Shown here in pieces: positions 1 to 11,690 of a DNA stretch of 64,000 nt. The notes under the pieces were generated by a model, which was not told where the DNA came from, searched no databases, and saw only the letters and a program-made list of their open reading frames with translations. The DNA comes from an uncultured delta proteobacterium (GTDB lineage: Bacteria; Desulfobacterota; Binatia; UBA9968), in NCBI GenBank assembly GCA_963745035.1, contig CAVUVW010000013.1, positions 384,001 to 448,000 of the forward strand, written 5' to 3'. A program made the position numbers and the translations under genes. The first letter of the stretch is position 1; every line of letters begins with the position of its first letter.

Positions 1-272
1 CGCCAAACGCGACAAGAATTTCGCTGTGAAAGTCATGGGCAAGTATTTGCGCACGGCGGATCCGGCGGCGCTCGCGGAGTCCTACGAGATCGACGTGCAA
101 AAATATATGCTGCGCGCCCCGCTCACCACCGCCGCAGGCGATGAAATCGGTGCTCGACGATCTCGCCGCTCGAATTCCCAAGGCCAAAGACGCCGAGCCG
201 CGAAAGTTCTTCGACGATTCCTTCGTGCGCCAGATGCAATCGAGCGGTTTTATCGACGCCCTCTACCGGTGA
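1..272 (+). CDS. ABC transporter substrate-binding protein (NMT1/SsuA-like), 3' part, frameshift near 135
   Basis: KVMGKYLRTADPAALAESYEI... continues after a frameshift as MKSVLDDLAARIPKAKDAEPRKFFDDSFVRQMQSSGFIDALYR*, which resembles the C-termini of the paralogs at 39483 and 47670. Confidence 0.7.
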
Positions 273-366
273 AGCTCGCGTGCATTCGCCTCCTCACTCC
301 CGCGGTTGAATCCGCGCTTCCCCGCTTGTTATAAACGAGCTGGAGCAACACGACGGAGGTACCCAG

Positions 367-1506
367 GTGAGAGTGATTGATGCCGATGGGCATGTCGAAG
401 AAAACCCGGTCACGTTCAGCGACAAGTATTTCGATCCCGCCTTTCGATCCATGCGCCCGCAGGTGGTTCCCGGCAGCGAGGACGGGCTGGCGTACTGGAT
501 GATCGACGAGCAGCTGTTTCCGCGGCGCGTCGGGCCGCGGCTGCAACAATCTCGGGACGCCGACGAGTTATCAGGGGAAACCGGTGCGCCACGCCCAGCG
601 CAAGGTCGACACCCTGGGCAGCATGGAGCTCACGAACTTGAGCGAGCGGCTGCAAAATCATGGATGAAGAAGGCATCTGGCTGCAGGTTCTCTACCCGAC
701 GCTTTTTCTCGCCTATCCGTTGAGCTGCAATCCCGCCTACGTCACCGCCATGTGCGACGCCTACAATCGCTGGCTGGGCGATATTCTCGCGCGGCCACGA
801 GCGTCTCAAGTGGGTCGGCGTCGTCAATCTCGACGATAGCGCCGCCGCCGTGCGGCAAGTAAAGGAAGCGAAAAAACTCGGCGCTGTAGGGATGATGATT
901 CTAGGCACCGCCGGCGATCGCTTGCTCGACGACCCGGGCCTGCTGCCGTTTTACGAAGCGGTCGCCGAAGCGGAGCTGCCCCTCGCCGTCCATGTCGGCT
1001 GGGCCTGCCCGTCGATGAACAATCTCTACACTCATATTTATCCCTCCGGCGTGATCGCTTTTTCCATGCCGGTGCTGATGGGGCTGGTGTCCATGATGAG
1101 CGGCGGTATCCTCGATCGCTTTCCGACCTTGAAGGTGGTCTATCTCGAAGCCGGCTGTCTGTGGGTTCATTTCATACTGGAGCGGCTGCACCATCGCTTC
1201 GAACATTCCGGCAAGAACTTGGCGAACGTGGTTTCCCGCACCGCGCCGATTCAGAAGCTTCAGCCGATGGAATACGTCAAGACGGGCAATCTTTATTTCA
1301 GCGCCGAGATCGAAGACGCGCTTTTGCCTCAGGTTTTGGAATTGGTGGGCGAGGGCCAGATTTTGTTCGGCTCGGATATGCCGCACGGCGACCGCGAGCG
1401 TTTCGCCGAGCGGCTGCTACGCGAGCGCCGGGACATCAGCGAGGCCGCCAAAAGCAAAATCCTGGAGTCCAATCCGGCGCGATTCTATGGACTCTCGGGG
1501 TGCTAG
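367..1506 (+). CDS. Amidohydrolase family protein (amidohydro_2), frameshifted near 536 and 655
   Basis: N-terminal VIDADGH, central LAVHVGW, YLEAGCLW and C-terminal LFGSDMPH motifs spread over ORFs 367-723 and 850-1506. Confidence 0.85.
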
Positions 1507-1525
1507 CCGCCGGCAAAATTTTCAC

Positions 1526-2083
1526 TCAGCGGATCTCGAACAACAGCACCGTGTGATCGTGCACGAAGTCGCCTTTGACGGTTTCGACTTTGTCGGGCAC
1601 CCAGCCTTCGATGGGGTAGTCGTGGGAAACCACTCTGCTGCCGCGGCGCAGCTGGCGGTCGAGGATCGGCCGGAGCTTCGCGTTAAAGTCCGGCAGCATG
1701 TAGAGAGTCACCACCGTCGCCGGCGATATATCGACGGTGAATGCATCCTGAGCGCGAAACTCCACGAGGTGTTCGACCTTTTCGCGAAACGCCAAGTCGC
1801 GCGCTTTGGCGACCAATGCCCGATCGATTTCTATGCCGACGCCTTTGACGCCGTATTTTTTTGCCGCCCGGATGATGATCGCGCCGTCGCCGCTGCCGAT
1901 ATCGTAGATCACGTCGCCGCTTTTCACCCGCGCCATCTCAAGCATCCGGTCGATCACCTCGGGCGTCGATCGCACGAACGGCACTTCGCCGTCGGTCCAA
2001 ACCGCAACCGAAGAGCCACAGGCGCAGAGAAGTATGAGCGCTAGAAGCCATAATAATCCGTTGCCAAAGGTTTGCCGAGTCAT
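1526..2083 (-). CDS. Class I SAM-dependent methyltransferase with a lipoprotein-like N-terminus
   Basis: VPFVRSTPEV...YDIGSGDG motif I, GIEID, and RVVSHDY. Confidence 0.85.
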   Translation of the reverse strand: MTRQTFGNGLLWLLALILLCACGSSVAVWTDGEVPFVRSTPEVIDRMLEMARVKSGDVIYDIGSGDGAIIIRAAKKYGVKGVGIEIDRALVAKARDLAFREKVEHLVEFRAQDAFTVDISPATVVTLYMLPDFNAKLRPILDRQLRRGSRVVSHDYPIEGWVPDKVETVKGDFVHDHTVLLFEIR

Positions 2084-2201
2084 GGGCTGTTTATAGGGAA
2101 GCGCGCGGTGCCCGTCAACGCAATGCGCCGCGCTGCTTGACATCGCCGCCGGGTTGCGCTGAAACAGGCAAAGTTACCAGTCAACGAAAAGGAGAACTAA
2201 A

Positions 2202-2921
2202 ATGGCGACTTGGGACGATACGCTAACGCCGCGCGACAAAGAAGTTTTTGCCCTTTCCGGCTACGGCAAGCGCGCAGGCTTCGGCCAGCGCCCGGCGATC
2301 CTCGTAATCGATGTCAACTACAATTTCGTCGGCGACAAGCCGGAGCCGATTCTCGATTCGGTCAAGCGCTTTCGCAATAGCTGCGGCGCCGAGGGTTGGG
2401 ACGGCGTCCAACACATCCGCGAGCTGCTCGCCGAGGCGCGCAGGAAGCACCTACCGACTTTTTATACCACCGGCCACGATGATCGAACCAACAGCGTAGC
2501 CTTTGGGCGCTGGCAGGCGAAGAACAGCCGCTCGACGGAAGACATGACCGAGACTTGGGACAAGGGCAACGAGATCGTCGCCGAAATCGCGCCGCAAGCC
2601 GGCGATATCGTCGTGCGCAAGCAGAAGCCGAGCGCGTTTTTCGGCACGCCGCTGATGAGCATGCTGAACGAAGTCCACGCCGATAGCGTGCTGGTCACCG
2701 GCACGACCACCAGCGGCTGCGTGCGCGCCAGCGTGATCGATGCTTTTTCTTACAACATGAAAGTTTCTGTGGTGGAGGAGTGCGTTTTCGACCGCGGCCA
2801 GGCATCGCATAAGATCAATTTGTTCGACATGGCGATGAAGTACGCCGACGTGATTTCGCTGAACGAAACCATCGAATATATCCGCGGCTTGCCGGATAAT
2901 CTCTACGCGCCCGCGCTGTAA
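2202..2921 (+). CDS. Isochorismatase family cysteine hydrolase
   Basis: LVIDV, KQKPSAFFGT and TGTTTSGCVRAS give the D-K-C triad; AAGGAG RBS upstream. Confidence 0.9.
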   Translation: MATWDDTLTPRDKEVFALSGYGKRAGFGQRPAILVIDVNYNFVGDKPEPILDSVKRFRNSCGAEGWDGVQHIRELLAEARRKHLPTFYTTGHDDRTNSVAFGRWQAKNSRSTEDMTETWDKGNEIVAEIAPQAGDIVVRKQKPSAFFGTPLMSMLNEVHADSVLVTGTTTSGCVRASVIDAFSYNMKVSVVEECVFDRGQASHKINLFDMAMKYADVISLNETIEYIRGLPDNLYAPAL

Positions 2922-2963
2922 GCAATCCTGACGTCAAAGCCGGGGACGGCATCATGCACCGCC

Positions 2964-3716
2964 TCAAGATTCCTGGGTGAGCGCGCGCAGCAGCAGGGTC
3001 ACGCCGATCAGGGCGAGGAGAATGAGCAGGCCGCGGTTGAAGGTTCGCTGATTAACCCGATCCTGCGCCTTCAAGCCGGCATAGAAGCCCGCCAGGGTGA
3101 ACAGCAAGACCTGCACCGACAACGTGATGGTCTCGCGATTGAATAAATTCCAAGTCGAGATCGCCACCAGTTGGCTCACTTTGGTGGTGACAAAAATCGT
3201 CGCGATCGATTTTACGAAGGTGCGCTTGTCCAGTTTTAGACTATAGAGATAGATCGCCAAAGTCGGGCCGGCGGCGTTGGTGAGCCCGTTCAGAAAACCG
3301 CTGAGAAAACCAAAGCTCGGCGAAAGAAATTTTTCGCGGCGCGGCGAGATCGTGAACTCGAATCGAAGCAGGTTCGAGACAACGAATACGAGCACCATGA
3401 CCGCGAGGCAAAGATTCAAAATCCACAACGGAGTATTGACCAGGGCCATGGTGCCGAGAAACACGCCGATGATCGTCGGCAGGATCAGGCTCGAGAACCG
3501 GCGAAAGACGTCGTAGGGAATACCGTCGCGGATGACCTGCGCCGAATCCATGAAGAGATTCGGCAGGATCAATACCGTAACCGCGGTGCGAATGTCCAAA
3601 AGCAGCGCCACCATCGGCGTGGCGATCAAGGGAAATCCGAGACCGGTCGCGCCTTTGACAAACGCCGCGAGCAGGAGCGCGGCGCCGACAAGAACGTGAG
3701 TGAAATCGAAAGACAT
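2964..3716 (-). CDS. Sulfite exporter TauE/SafE family membrane protein
   Basis: AAFVKGATGLGFPLIATP and GFLNGLTNAAGP repeats; hydrophobic throughout. Confidence 0.85.
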   Translation of the reverse strand: MSFDFTHVLVGAALLLAAFVKGATGLGFPLIATPMVALLLDIRTAVTVLILPNLFMDSAQVIRDGIPYDVFRRFSSLILPTIIGVFLGTMALVNTPLWILNLCLAVMVLVFVVSNLLRFEFTISPRREKFLSPSFGFLSGFLNGLTNAAGPTLAIYLYSLKLDKRTFVKSIATIFVTTKVSQLVAISTWNLFNRETITLSVQVLLFTLAGFYAGLKAQDRVNQRTFNRGLLILLALIGVTLLLRALTQES

Positions 3717-3927
3717 GACGGCGGATGAATCTTGGCTTTGAAAAGTGCTCAGTCAACAACTAGATCGACGCCTTCCGAGGCGCGCTCCGGATTCGACTTT
3801 CTCCGGACGCCACGATTAGAGCCTTGGCCACTCGCAGCGCCGTCTCGCCCGAATGATTCGGGAGAAAGCCGTTCTTGGAGGGAGAGATTTGCCGATCGTC
3901 TTCGTCGAGTTGCGGGTTGTTCCCGTG

Positions 3928-5528
3928 CTAAGTTTTCTTCCGTTGGCCGGTTTGCTTGGTCCCGGTTGCGAAGTACTCTCCGCTCACGGCCAGTGCCGCT
4001 TCTTCTTCGTCCTGCTGCGTCCACGCACCCAGGCTGTAGCCATACCACGGCATTCTTGGCTTGAGCGGCGGGAGCTCGAGTTCTTCCCAAATCTGTTTCG
4101 AGCGCTCCATAAATTCGCTCTTGGGCAGCGACACCGGCGTGTACGGCCACGGCCGCACGGCGTTGATGAGCAGCGCAGATGTCCAAGTCGGTCGCTTTTC
4201 CTCACTTTCCATTCCCGGCGGATAGGTTGACGGATCGAGCCCGGGAGATTTTCCCTTAACGATCGCGACATCTTCGTCGGGCCGCATGTTATAGCAAATC
4301 GCCCAATTGATCATCGCCGGATCGTGAATATCGACGTCTTCATCCACCGCGACGCAAACTTTCGCATAGCTGCCGGTGAACCCCGCGGACGAGTTCAAGG
4401 CGCGCCAGGCATCGGCCTTGCTCCCACTCCGCATTTTGATCACGCAATACGCCTGTCCACTGCCGCTCACTTCATCGTGTATAGCCACGTCGAGCACCGC
4501 TGCGTTGCCGCTGTCGTGGCGCAAAAACTTGTAGATGATTTTTTCCGTCCCCGTGTGTTTGATCTTGCTCGATTCGCTCGGCGGAAACTGGCTCATGAGC
4601 GCCGTGTAGATGGCGTCGCGCCGGTGCGTGATGCAGCTCACTTCGAGAAACGGCGACATGGTGCGATGGCCCATGTAGCCCGGATATTCGCCGAAAGGGC
4701 CCTCGGGCTCGACCACGTCGGTGGGAATGGTGCCTTCGATGATGATCTCGGCAGTCGCCGGCACGAGCAAATCGACGGTCTTGGCCTGCACCACCTCCAC
4801 CGGCGCGCCGGCCAAGCCGCCGGCCAGACGATATTCGTCGAAGTCGTAGGGAATTTTCGCGGTCGCCGCGTAGGCGATGCTCGGCACCACGCCGATCGCG
4901 ATGCACGCCTCGAGGCGCTTGCCTTGGGCTTTGCACTTGCGCCAGTGCTGGCCCATGTGCTGGGAAGTGAACAGGCCGCCGGTGCGAATCGACGATTTGA
5001 TCTGGCTGCGGTAGTTGCCGATATTGTAAATCCCGGTTTCGATGTCCTTGGTAATCCAATTGGCCGATGTGAGATACGGCGCGTTATCGAATCCCGGCGT
5101 CGAGATCGGCACCGGGATCATGTCGAGGCCGTGCCCGCTTAAAAGATCCGTTCCCTGCCATACCACCTCCTGCGCCGGCGCGCTTTCCACTCGAGCCGGC
5201 GCGATGGGATTCATCTGCGCCCGCGTCCAGCGCTCGTGGATTTGCTCCGGCTCGCACATCATGCCGATGGCGTAGATCTCCGTGGTCGCCGCCAGGGTGC
5301 CGACGGTGACCGGCATCGCGTAGCGGCGTCCTTTGGAATCGACGACGTTCTCGAACAGGAACGCCTTGCGCTCGCGCTCGTCCAGGCCGCGAAATTGCCA
5401 GCGCACCAAAGGCATCAGCTCCGTGTCTTTGTTGATCTCCCGCTGGATTCGCAGCAATTTGCCGCGCTCATCTAAGCGCCTTCAGATGAGCCCGAAAATC
5501 TCCGATAGTATTCGCTTGTGCCCGCCAT
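3928..5528 (-). CDS. UbiD family (prFMN-dependent) decarboxylase, 5' end frameshifted near 5470-5500
   Basis: EGPFGEYPGY, YNIGNYR and VAVDEDVD motifs; the N-terminus continues to the ATG at 5528 across indels. Confidence 0.88.
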
Positions 5529-5785
5529 GCAGTGCTCCCGACTTGTTTTTAACCTTTCGTCATCTATCGTCTGCGGCGGGGAGCTTGTCAAGCAGCGGGG
5601 CAGGCGGCGCATCGTAACCAGTTGGGCTGCGACTTTGAAGAGCGTCCTACCGGCGCCCAGAATGTTTCGAGTATTTTCGTCTTTGCCGCCCCCGAATCGT
5701 CCTTGTGTCGCGCGCCGGTGGTTTGCTACACTCGGGCCTCTTTTTTCCGCTGTTCTTTATTTACCAGAACCGAATCGACGCAACC

Positions 5786-8330
5786 GTGAACGACGTGTCA
5801 AAAAACCCTGCCAACGCAGATCAGCGGTCCACGCCCGTCTCGGCTCAATCCCGCCGGCTGCGGTGGTTGACCGTTCCTTTGCTTCTCGTGATCATCTTCA
5901 CGGCCGACTTGTGGCTGCCGGCGGGCATGGCGCTGCCCTTTTGCTACATTGCCGGGCTCGTGCTGGTCGTTGCCCTGCCGAATCACAGGGAAAAAATCGT
6001 GGCGGCGAGCACGTCCACGTTCCTCATGATCATTGCCTACTTTATCTCCTCGACCGTTCCCGATGCGCCGGGCTGGATTTACCTCGTCAATCTTGGTCTT
6101 GCGTTGCTGATGATTTGGATCGTGGCGATCTTGAGTTTGCGCCACCGCCACGCTCAGGAGGTGATGCGCGAAAACGAGCGCGTAGCCACCGAGCGCCTGG
6201 CCCATTTGCAAACCATCTACGCCTCCGCCCCGGTGGGTCTCTGCTTCGTCGACCGCGATCTGCGCTATGTCTCGATCAACAACGCCATGGCGGAAATCAA
6301 CGGTCGCTCGCCGGAGTTTTTTATCGGCAAGACCATCCGCGAAGCGGCGCCCGAGCTTGCCGACAACCTGGAGAGCCATTATCGGCGCGTCATCGATACG
6401 CGGTCAGCCGGTGGTCGATGAGGAAGTCCCAACCGCCGCCCAAGGACACGGCCAGGAACGCCGCATTTGTCTGTGCAGCTACTACCCGGTGCATACCGAG
6501 AGCGGCCAACTCCTTGGCGTCAACGTCGCGGTTCGCGATATCACCCGGCGCAAGCAAGCGGAAGCGGATACGCTTTTTCTCCTGGATCTCGGTGAAGGCA
6601 TTCGCTTTGCGGCCGACGCCGACGAGCTGCTTTGGGCCGTTGCCGTGGCTCTCGGCGAGCATCTCAAGGCGAGCCGCTGCGGCTTTCTCGAAATCGACAC
6701 CGAACATGACCGTCTGGTCATCCAGCGCGATTACCATCCCCACCTGCGCTCGGCGGTAGGCGGTCACCCGCTGAGCGTCCTGGATCCGGCCATCATCAGC
6801 GCGGCGCGCGCGGGGCAGATCATCGCCATCGCCGACGCGCACAGCGACGAACGAACGGCGGCGCTTTACGCATCCCATCGGAACGCCGGCGTCAACGCCT
6901 TGGTGTTCACGCCGCTGCTGCGCGACGGCGCGTTGGTTTCCGCCCTCGTCGTCGCCAGCGCCGAATCCCATGAATGGACCGAACGGGAAATTACCCTGGT
7001 CAATATCGTGGCCGAGCGCACTTGGCTGGCGGTCGAGAGGCTGCGCTTGGACAACGTCTTGCGCGAAAGCGACGCCGCCCTGCGCGACGCCGACCAGCGT
7101 AAAGACGAGTTTCTCGCGACCCTGGCCCATGAGTTGCGCAACCCCTTGTCTTTGATCCGCAATGTCAACACGCTGCAAACGACCCCGAGCACTCCCAGCG
7201 AAGATCCAAGCTGGGGGCACGATATCATCGAGCGGCAAGTGAATTACCTGACCCGCTTGACCGATGATCTGTTCGACGTAAGCCGCATCACCCGCGAAAA
7301 GCTGGTCCTGCACAAGGAGTCGCTGAACTTGGCGGAGATTATTCGTGCCGCGGTGGAGTCGAGCCGGCCGCTGATCGAGCAGCGGCAGCACGAGCTCACG
7401 GTAACCATGTCGCAGAACTCGATTTACGTCGACGCCGACCGGGTGAGACTCACCCAGGTGTTCATGAATCTTTTGAACAACGCCGCTAAATATACGCCGG
7501 ACCCGGGACATATTTGGCTGAATGTCGAGCAGGCCGGCGACACCGTCGTCGTGCGGGTCAAAGATACCGGGGTGGGGATCGCCGCGGAGAATCTGCCGCA
7601 CCTCTTCGAGCTCTTCTATCAGGTCGACCGCTCCTTCACGCGTTCCGAGGGCGGTCTCGGACTCGGTCTCACGCTGGTGCATCGGCTGGTCGAAATGCAC
7701 GCCGGTAAAGTCGAGGTGCGCAGCGACGGCATCAATCGCGGCAGCGAATTTATCGTGCATCTGCCGGTGCTGCCGGTGCAGCCGATTCACGAGCCGGTAG
7801 AAACCAGGGAGGAGACGTACAACCACGCGGCGCGCCGCTGCCGCCGCATCCTGGTGGCCGACGATTTTCCCCAATCCGCCGCGATTCTCGCCCGCTTGTT
7901 GCGCCAGGACGGCAACGAGGTACACGTCGCTCAAGATGGCATCGAAGCCGTCGAAGCGGCCGCGGAATTTCGCCCCGATGTGGCGGTGCTGGATATCGCC
8001 ATGCCGAAGCTCGACGGTTTCGATGTCGCGCGCGTAATCCGCGAGCAGCCGTGGGGAAAGCGCATGTTTCTCATCGCGCTCTCCGGTTGGGGTCAACAGC
8101 TCGATCGCCAGCGCACCAAAGACGCCGGCTTCGACGCCCACCTCACCAAACCCGCCAAATATGAAACTTTAATGGAAATCTTAAATCGCCTGCCGTTGGA
8201 ACAAGCGACCGTCGATCAGCCATCGCGAGCTCTGATCGCGGTCGAGCTCACTAACCGCCAAGACGCCCGCACCAGCGCAAAGTTTGAACTTTCTCGTTGG
8301 CGAGCAGTCGCGCCGCGCGGCGCCGCCTAA
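5786..8330 (+). CDS. Hybrid sensor histidine kinase (TM-PAS-GAF-HisKA-HATPase-REC), frameshift near 6400
   Basis: LAHELRNPL H-box, NLLNNAAKYT, GGLGLGL and receiver LDIAMPKLDG; PAS segment ASAPVGLCFVDRDLRYVSIN. Confidence 0.9.
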
Positions 8331-8482
8331 AATCGTTGTCTCTACGACGGAACATTTGACCCGGCGGCGACTGCGCATTTTCGCGTCTGAGTCGCCAAGC
8401 AACCCGCGCGGAAAATCGCCTTGTGCGCCGCTACATTTTGGAGTAGGTAAGGTCGGAATCAGCGGCCAAAGGGAGACTTTTT

Positions 8483-9368
8483 ACGGCGACGATCGGTTTT
8501 GTCGGGCTCGGCGTCATGGGCAGTCGGATGGCTCGGCGATTACTGGACGCGGGCCATGTCGTTATCGGTTACAACCGCACCAAAGCAAAGGCGCAGTCGT
8601 TGCTGGACGCCGGCATGCAGTGGGGCGAGACGCCGCGCGACGTCGCCGCGGCGGCCGAGATCACGCTTTCGATGGTCACGAACACCGAGGCGCTCGACTC
8701 GGTCACCAGCGGCCCTGACGGCATTCTCGCCGGTCTTTCCCAAGGAAAAATCTACGTTGACATGAGCACGGTCAGTCCGGCGGCGAGCCGTGCGCTGGCG
8801 GAGCAGGTCAAAGCCAAAGGCGCCGCCATGCTCGACGCGCCGGTGTCGGGCAGCGTGATTACTTTGGAAGAAGGCAAGCTGTCGATCATGGCGGCGGGCG
8901 ATCGCACAGCCTTCGAGAAAGCCCTGCCGATTCTCCAGGCGATCGGTCCCAAAGTCACTCACGTCGGCGCCAACGGTCTGGCCGTTTCGATGAAGATCGC
9001 GACCAATCTGAGTCTCGCCGTGCAGATGCTCGCCTTCAGCGAAGGCGTGCTGCTCGCGGAAAAGAGCGGGATCGCCCGCGAAATTGCCGTCGAGGTTTTG
9101 CTCAACAGCGTGATCGCCTCGCCGATGGTCAAGTATCGCGGTCCGTTCGTTTTGAATATGCCCGACGAAGCCTGGTTCGACGTCAACATGATGCAAAAAG
9201 ATTTGCTCCTGGCGTTGGAGCTCGGCCGCCAGCCTCGACGTGCCGCTGCCGACCACGGCGATCACCAATCAAATGCTTACGACCGCCCGTGGCATGGGGC
9301 TGGCGGAAAAAGATTTCGCCGTAGTATTTGAAACGTTGGCGCGAATGGCGGGAATAAAAAATGGGTAA
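8483..9368 (+). CDS. NAD(P)-dependent beta-hydroxyacid dehydrogenase (3-hydroxyisobutyrate/tartronate semialdehyde reductase family), frameshift near 9232
   Basis: IGFVGLGVMG Rossmann motif, LDAPVSG and MKIATN; the start codon reads ACG after GGGAGA. Confidence 0.88.
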
Positions 9369-9443
9369 ATGGAGCACCGGAGTGGAGGAGTGGCGGGTTC
9401 CGAATACCCAGTACTCCATTACTCCAACACTCCATCACTCCAA
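9369..9443. repeat. 9-bp-period inverted array (GGAGT.../...ACTCC)
   Basis: TGGAGCACCGGAGTGGAGGAGTGG ... TACTCCATTACTCCAACACTCCATCACTCCA. Confidence 0.75.
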
Positions 9444-9464
9444 TTGAAAACTGGTTCGAATCAA

Positions 9465-10474
9465 ATGGCCAAACGCAAGTTAACCAGGCCGCGTACCGGC
9501 AAAGCCGAGCCAGCTTCACGACGAGCGCTGGATTCATTTCTACCGCCAGATGCTCAAGATCCGGTTGTTCGAAGAAGAGGTCAACCAACTCTATCTCGGC
9601 GCCAAGATGCCGGGCCTGGCGCATCTCTATATCGGGGAAGAAGCCGTTGCGGTCGGCGTCTGCGAGGCGCTGCGGCGCGACGACTACATCACCAGCACCC
9701 ACCGCGGCCACGGCCATTGCATCGCCAAAGGCGCGGCGCTGGACCGGATGTTTGCCGAGCTGCTCGGCAAGGAAGCCGGCTACTGCCGCGGCAAGGGCGG
9801 CTCCATGCATATCGCCGACCAGGACACCGGCAATTTGGGCGCCAATGCGATCGTCGGCGGCAGCGCGGGCATGGCCACCGGCGCGGCGCATGTCGGCCAA
9901 GATGCGCGGCAGCGATCAGGTGGCCGTCTGTTTTTTCGGCGACGGCGCCCTCGGGCAGGGACTTCTTTACGAATCGATGAACATGGCGTCCCTATGGAAG
10001 CTGCCTGTGATCTACGTCTGCGAGAATAATCAATACAACGAATACACCCACTACAGCGAGACCACCGCCGGCGAAGTGCTGGCGCGGGCGCAGGCTTTCG
10101 GCATTCACGGCGACAGCCTCGACGGCCAAGACGTCCGCGCAGTTCACGCCGCGGCCTTGCGCGGGATCGAGCGTGCCCGCCGCGGCGGCGGTCCGGCCTT
10201 CTTGCTTTGCAACACCTACCGCTTTCACGGCCACCACGTCGGCGACATCGATCGCGCCTACTATCGATCCAAGAAGGAAGAAGAAGAATGGAAGAGCCGG
10301 CGCGATCCGCTAAAGCTGCTGGCGGATTGGCTGGAGAAAAACCGGTTGGCCGCTGCCAAGTTGCTCGCGCAGATCGAAAGCGAAACCGGCAAGGAAATCA
10401 AGGAGGCGGTAAATTTCGCGCTCAACGCGCCCTATCCGCCGGCCGATGAAGTCGATCAGCATGTCTACGCCTGA
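9465..10474 (+). CDS. TPP-dependent 2-oxoacid/acetoin dehydrogenase E1 alpha subunit, frameshifts near 9520 and 9890
   Basis: [25 protein letters not shown] and FFGDGA...ENNQY motifs. Confidence 0.9.
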
Positions 10475-10477
10475 GAC

Positions 10478-10542
10478 ATTTTGGATTTTCGATTTTCGAT
10501 TTTGGATTGGAATTCAAAATCGGGAATGTAAATCTGAAAATT
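10478..10542. repeat. 7-bp-period tandem array with a partial inverted arm
   Basis: ATTTTGG ATTTTCG ATTTTCG ATTTTGG ATT ... TTCAAAATC ... AATCTGAAAAT. Confidence 0.7.
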
Positions 10543-10563
10543 GGCGACCTCTCCCCGAATAAC

Positions 10564-11589
10564 GTGAACACACGAATTCAGCATTCACCATCCAGCCGGA
10601 CGAAGCACGCGCGAAATCACCTTCGGCCAAGCGATCAACGAAGCGCTCGCCGAAGAAATGCGCCGCGATCCGACTGTGTTTATCATCGGTGAGGACGTCG
10701 CCGAGGCGGGAACGCCGTTCAAAGTGCTTGTCCGGATTGGTCAAGGAATTCGGCCCCAAGCGCGTCATCGATTCGCCGATCTCCGAGGCCGGCATCGCCG
10801 GTATCGGCGTCGGCGCCGCCATGACCGGCATGCGGCCGGTCGTCGATATCATGTTCGGTGATTTTCTCACCTTGACGATGGATCAGCTGGTCAATCAAGC
10901 GGCGAAGATCCACTACATGTCGGGCGGCAAGCTCAAAGTGCCGCTGGTTTTGCGTACCACTCTCGGCGCGACGCGCCGTTCGGCCGCGCAGCACAGCCAG
11001 AGTCTGCACGCCTGGGTGAGCCACATTCCCGGCTTGAAAGTCGCGGTTCCCGCCACGCCCTACGACGCCAAGGGTCTGCTCAAAAGCGCTATCCGCGACG
11101 ACAATCCCGTGGTCTTCTTCGAAGACAAGATGATGTACCAGTTGAAAGGGCCGGTGCCGCAGGAGGAATACACGATTCCGCTCGGCGTCGCCGACGTGAA
11201 GCGGGCGGGCAAAGACATCACGCTGGTGGCCACGAGCAGCATGGTGCAAGTCGCGCTGGCGGCGGCGGAATCGCTCGCAGCGAGCGGCATCAGCGCGGAA
11301 GTCGTCGATGTCAGGACAACCGCGCCGCTCGACAAACAGACATTGATCGAATCGGTCAAGAAAACCAGCCGCGCGATCGTCATCGACGAGGGTTACGAAG
11401 GCTACGGCGTCACCGCGGAAATTGCGTCGACGATCGCCGACGGCGCGTTTTATTATCTCGATGCGCCGGTCAAGCGCATGGGCGCGATGGACGTGCCGGT
11501 GCCGTTCTCGCCGGTGCTCGAAGATCAAACCGTGCCGACGCCGGAAAAGGTCGCGGAAATGGCGCGGACAGTTATGCAACAAGAAATAG
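10564..11589 (+). CDS. Dehydrogenase E1 beta subunit, frameshifted
   Basis: [33 protein letters not shown] and [11 protein letters not shown]; probable true stop at 11587-11589 after correcting an indel. Confidence 0.88.
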
Positions 11590-11596
11590 ACGAAGT

Positions 11597-11677
11597 ACGT
11601 TCCAAAAGTTTCAATGGTTCCAATCGTTCTAAGGGAGTTTTCCGATGGAACGTTTGGAACGACTGGAACCTTGGAAC
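11597..11677. repeat. 9-bp-period inverted array (GTTCCA.../...TGGAAC)
   Basis: GTTCCAAAAGTTTCAATGGTTCCAATCGTTC ... TGGAACGTTTGGAACGACTGGAACCTTGGAAC; the 25-mer at 11646-11670 recurs exactly, reverse-complemented, at 50031-50055. Confidence 0.8.
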
Positions 11678-11690
11678 AAGGAGGTAGGCT

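Noticed and set aside
3749-4186. ORF overlapping the UbiD 3' end
   Set aside because: Arg/Ala-rich alternate-frame translation with no RBS or motif.
6390-8141. Long antisense ORFs (583 aa here; also 10719-11840, 19942-20922 and 36734-37837)
   Set aside because: Shadow ORFs opposite well-supported genes, expected with high-GC codon bias; no motifs.
10607-10609. Second ACG start codon, for E1 beta
   Set aside because: Better explained as a Thr codon, with a GTG start at 10564 and one indel.
9369-11677. Short-period arrays as CRISPR or mini-CRISPR
   Set aside because: Periods are 7-9 bp, there are no unique spacers of about 30 bp, and no cas genes are present.
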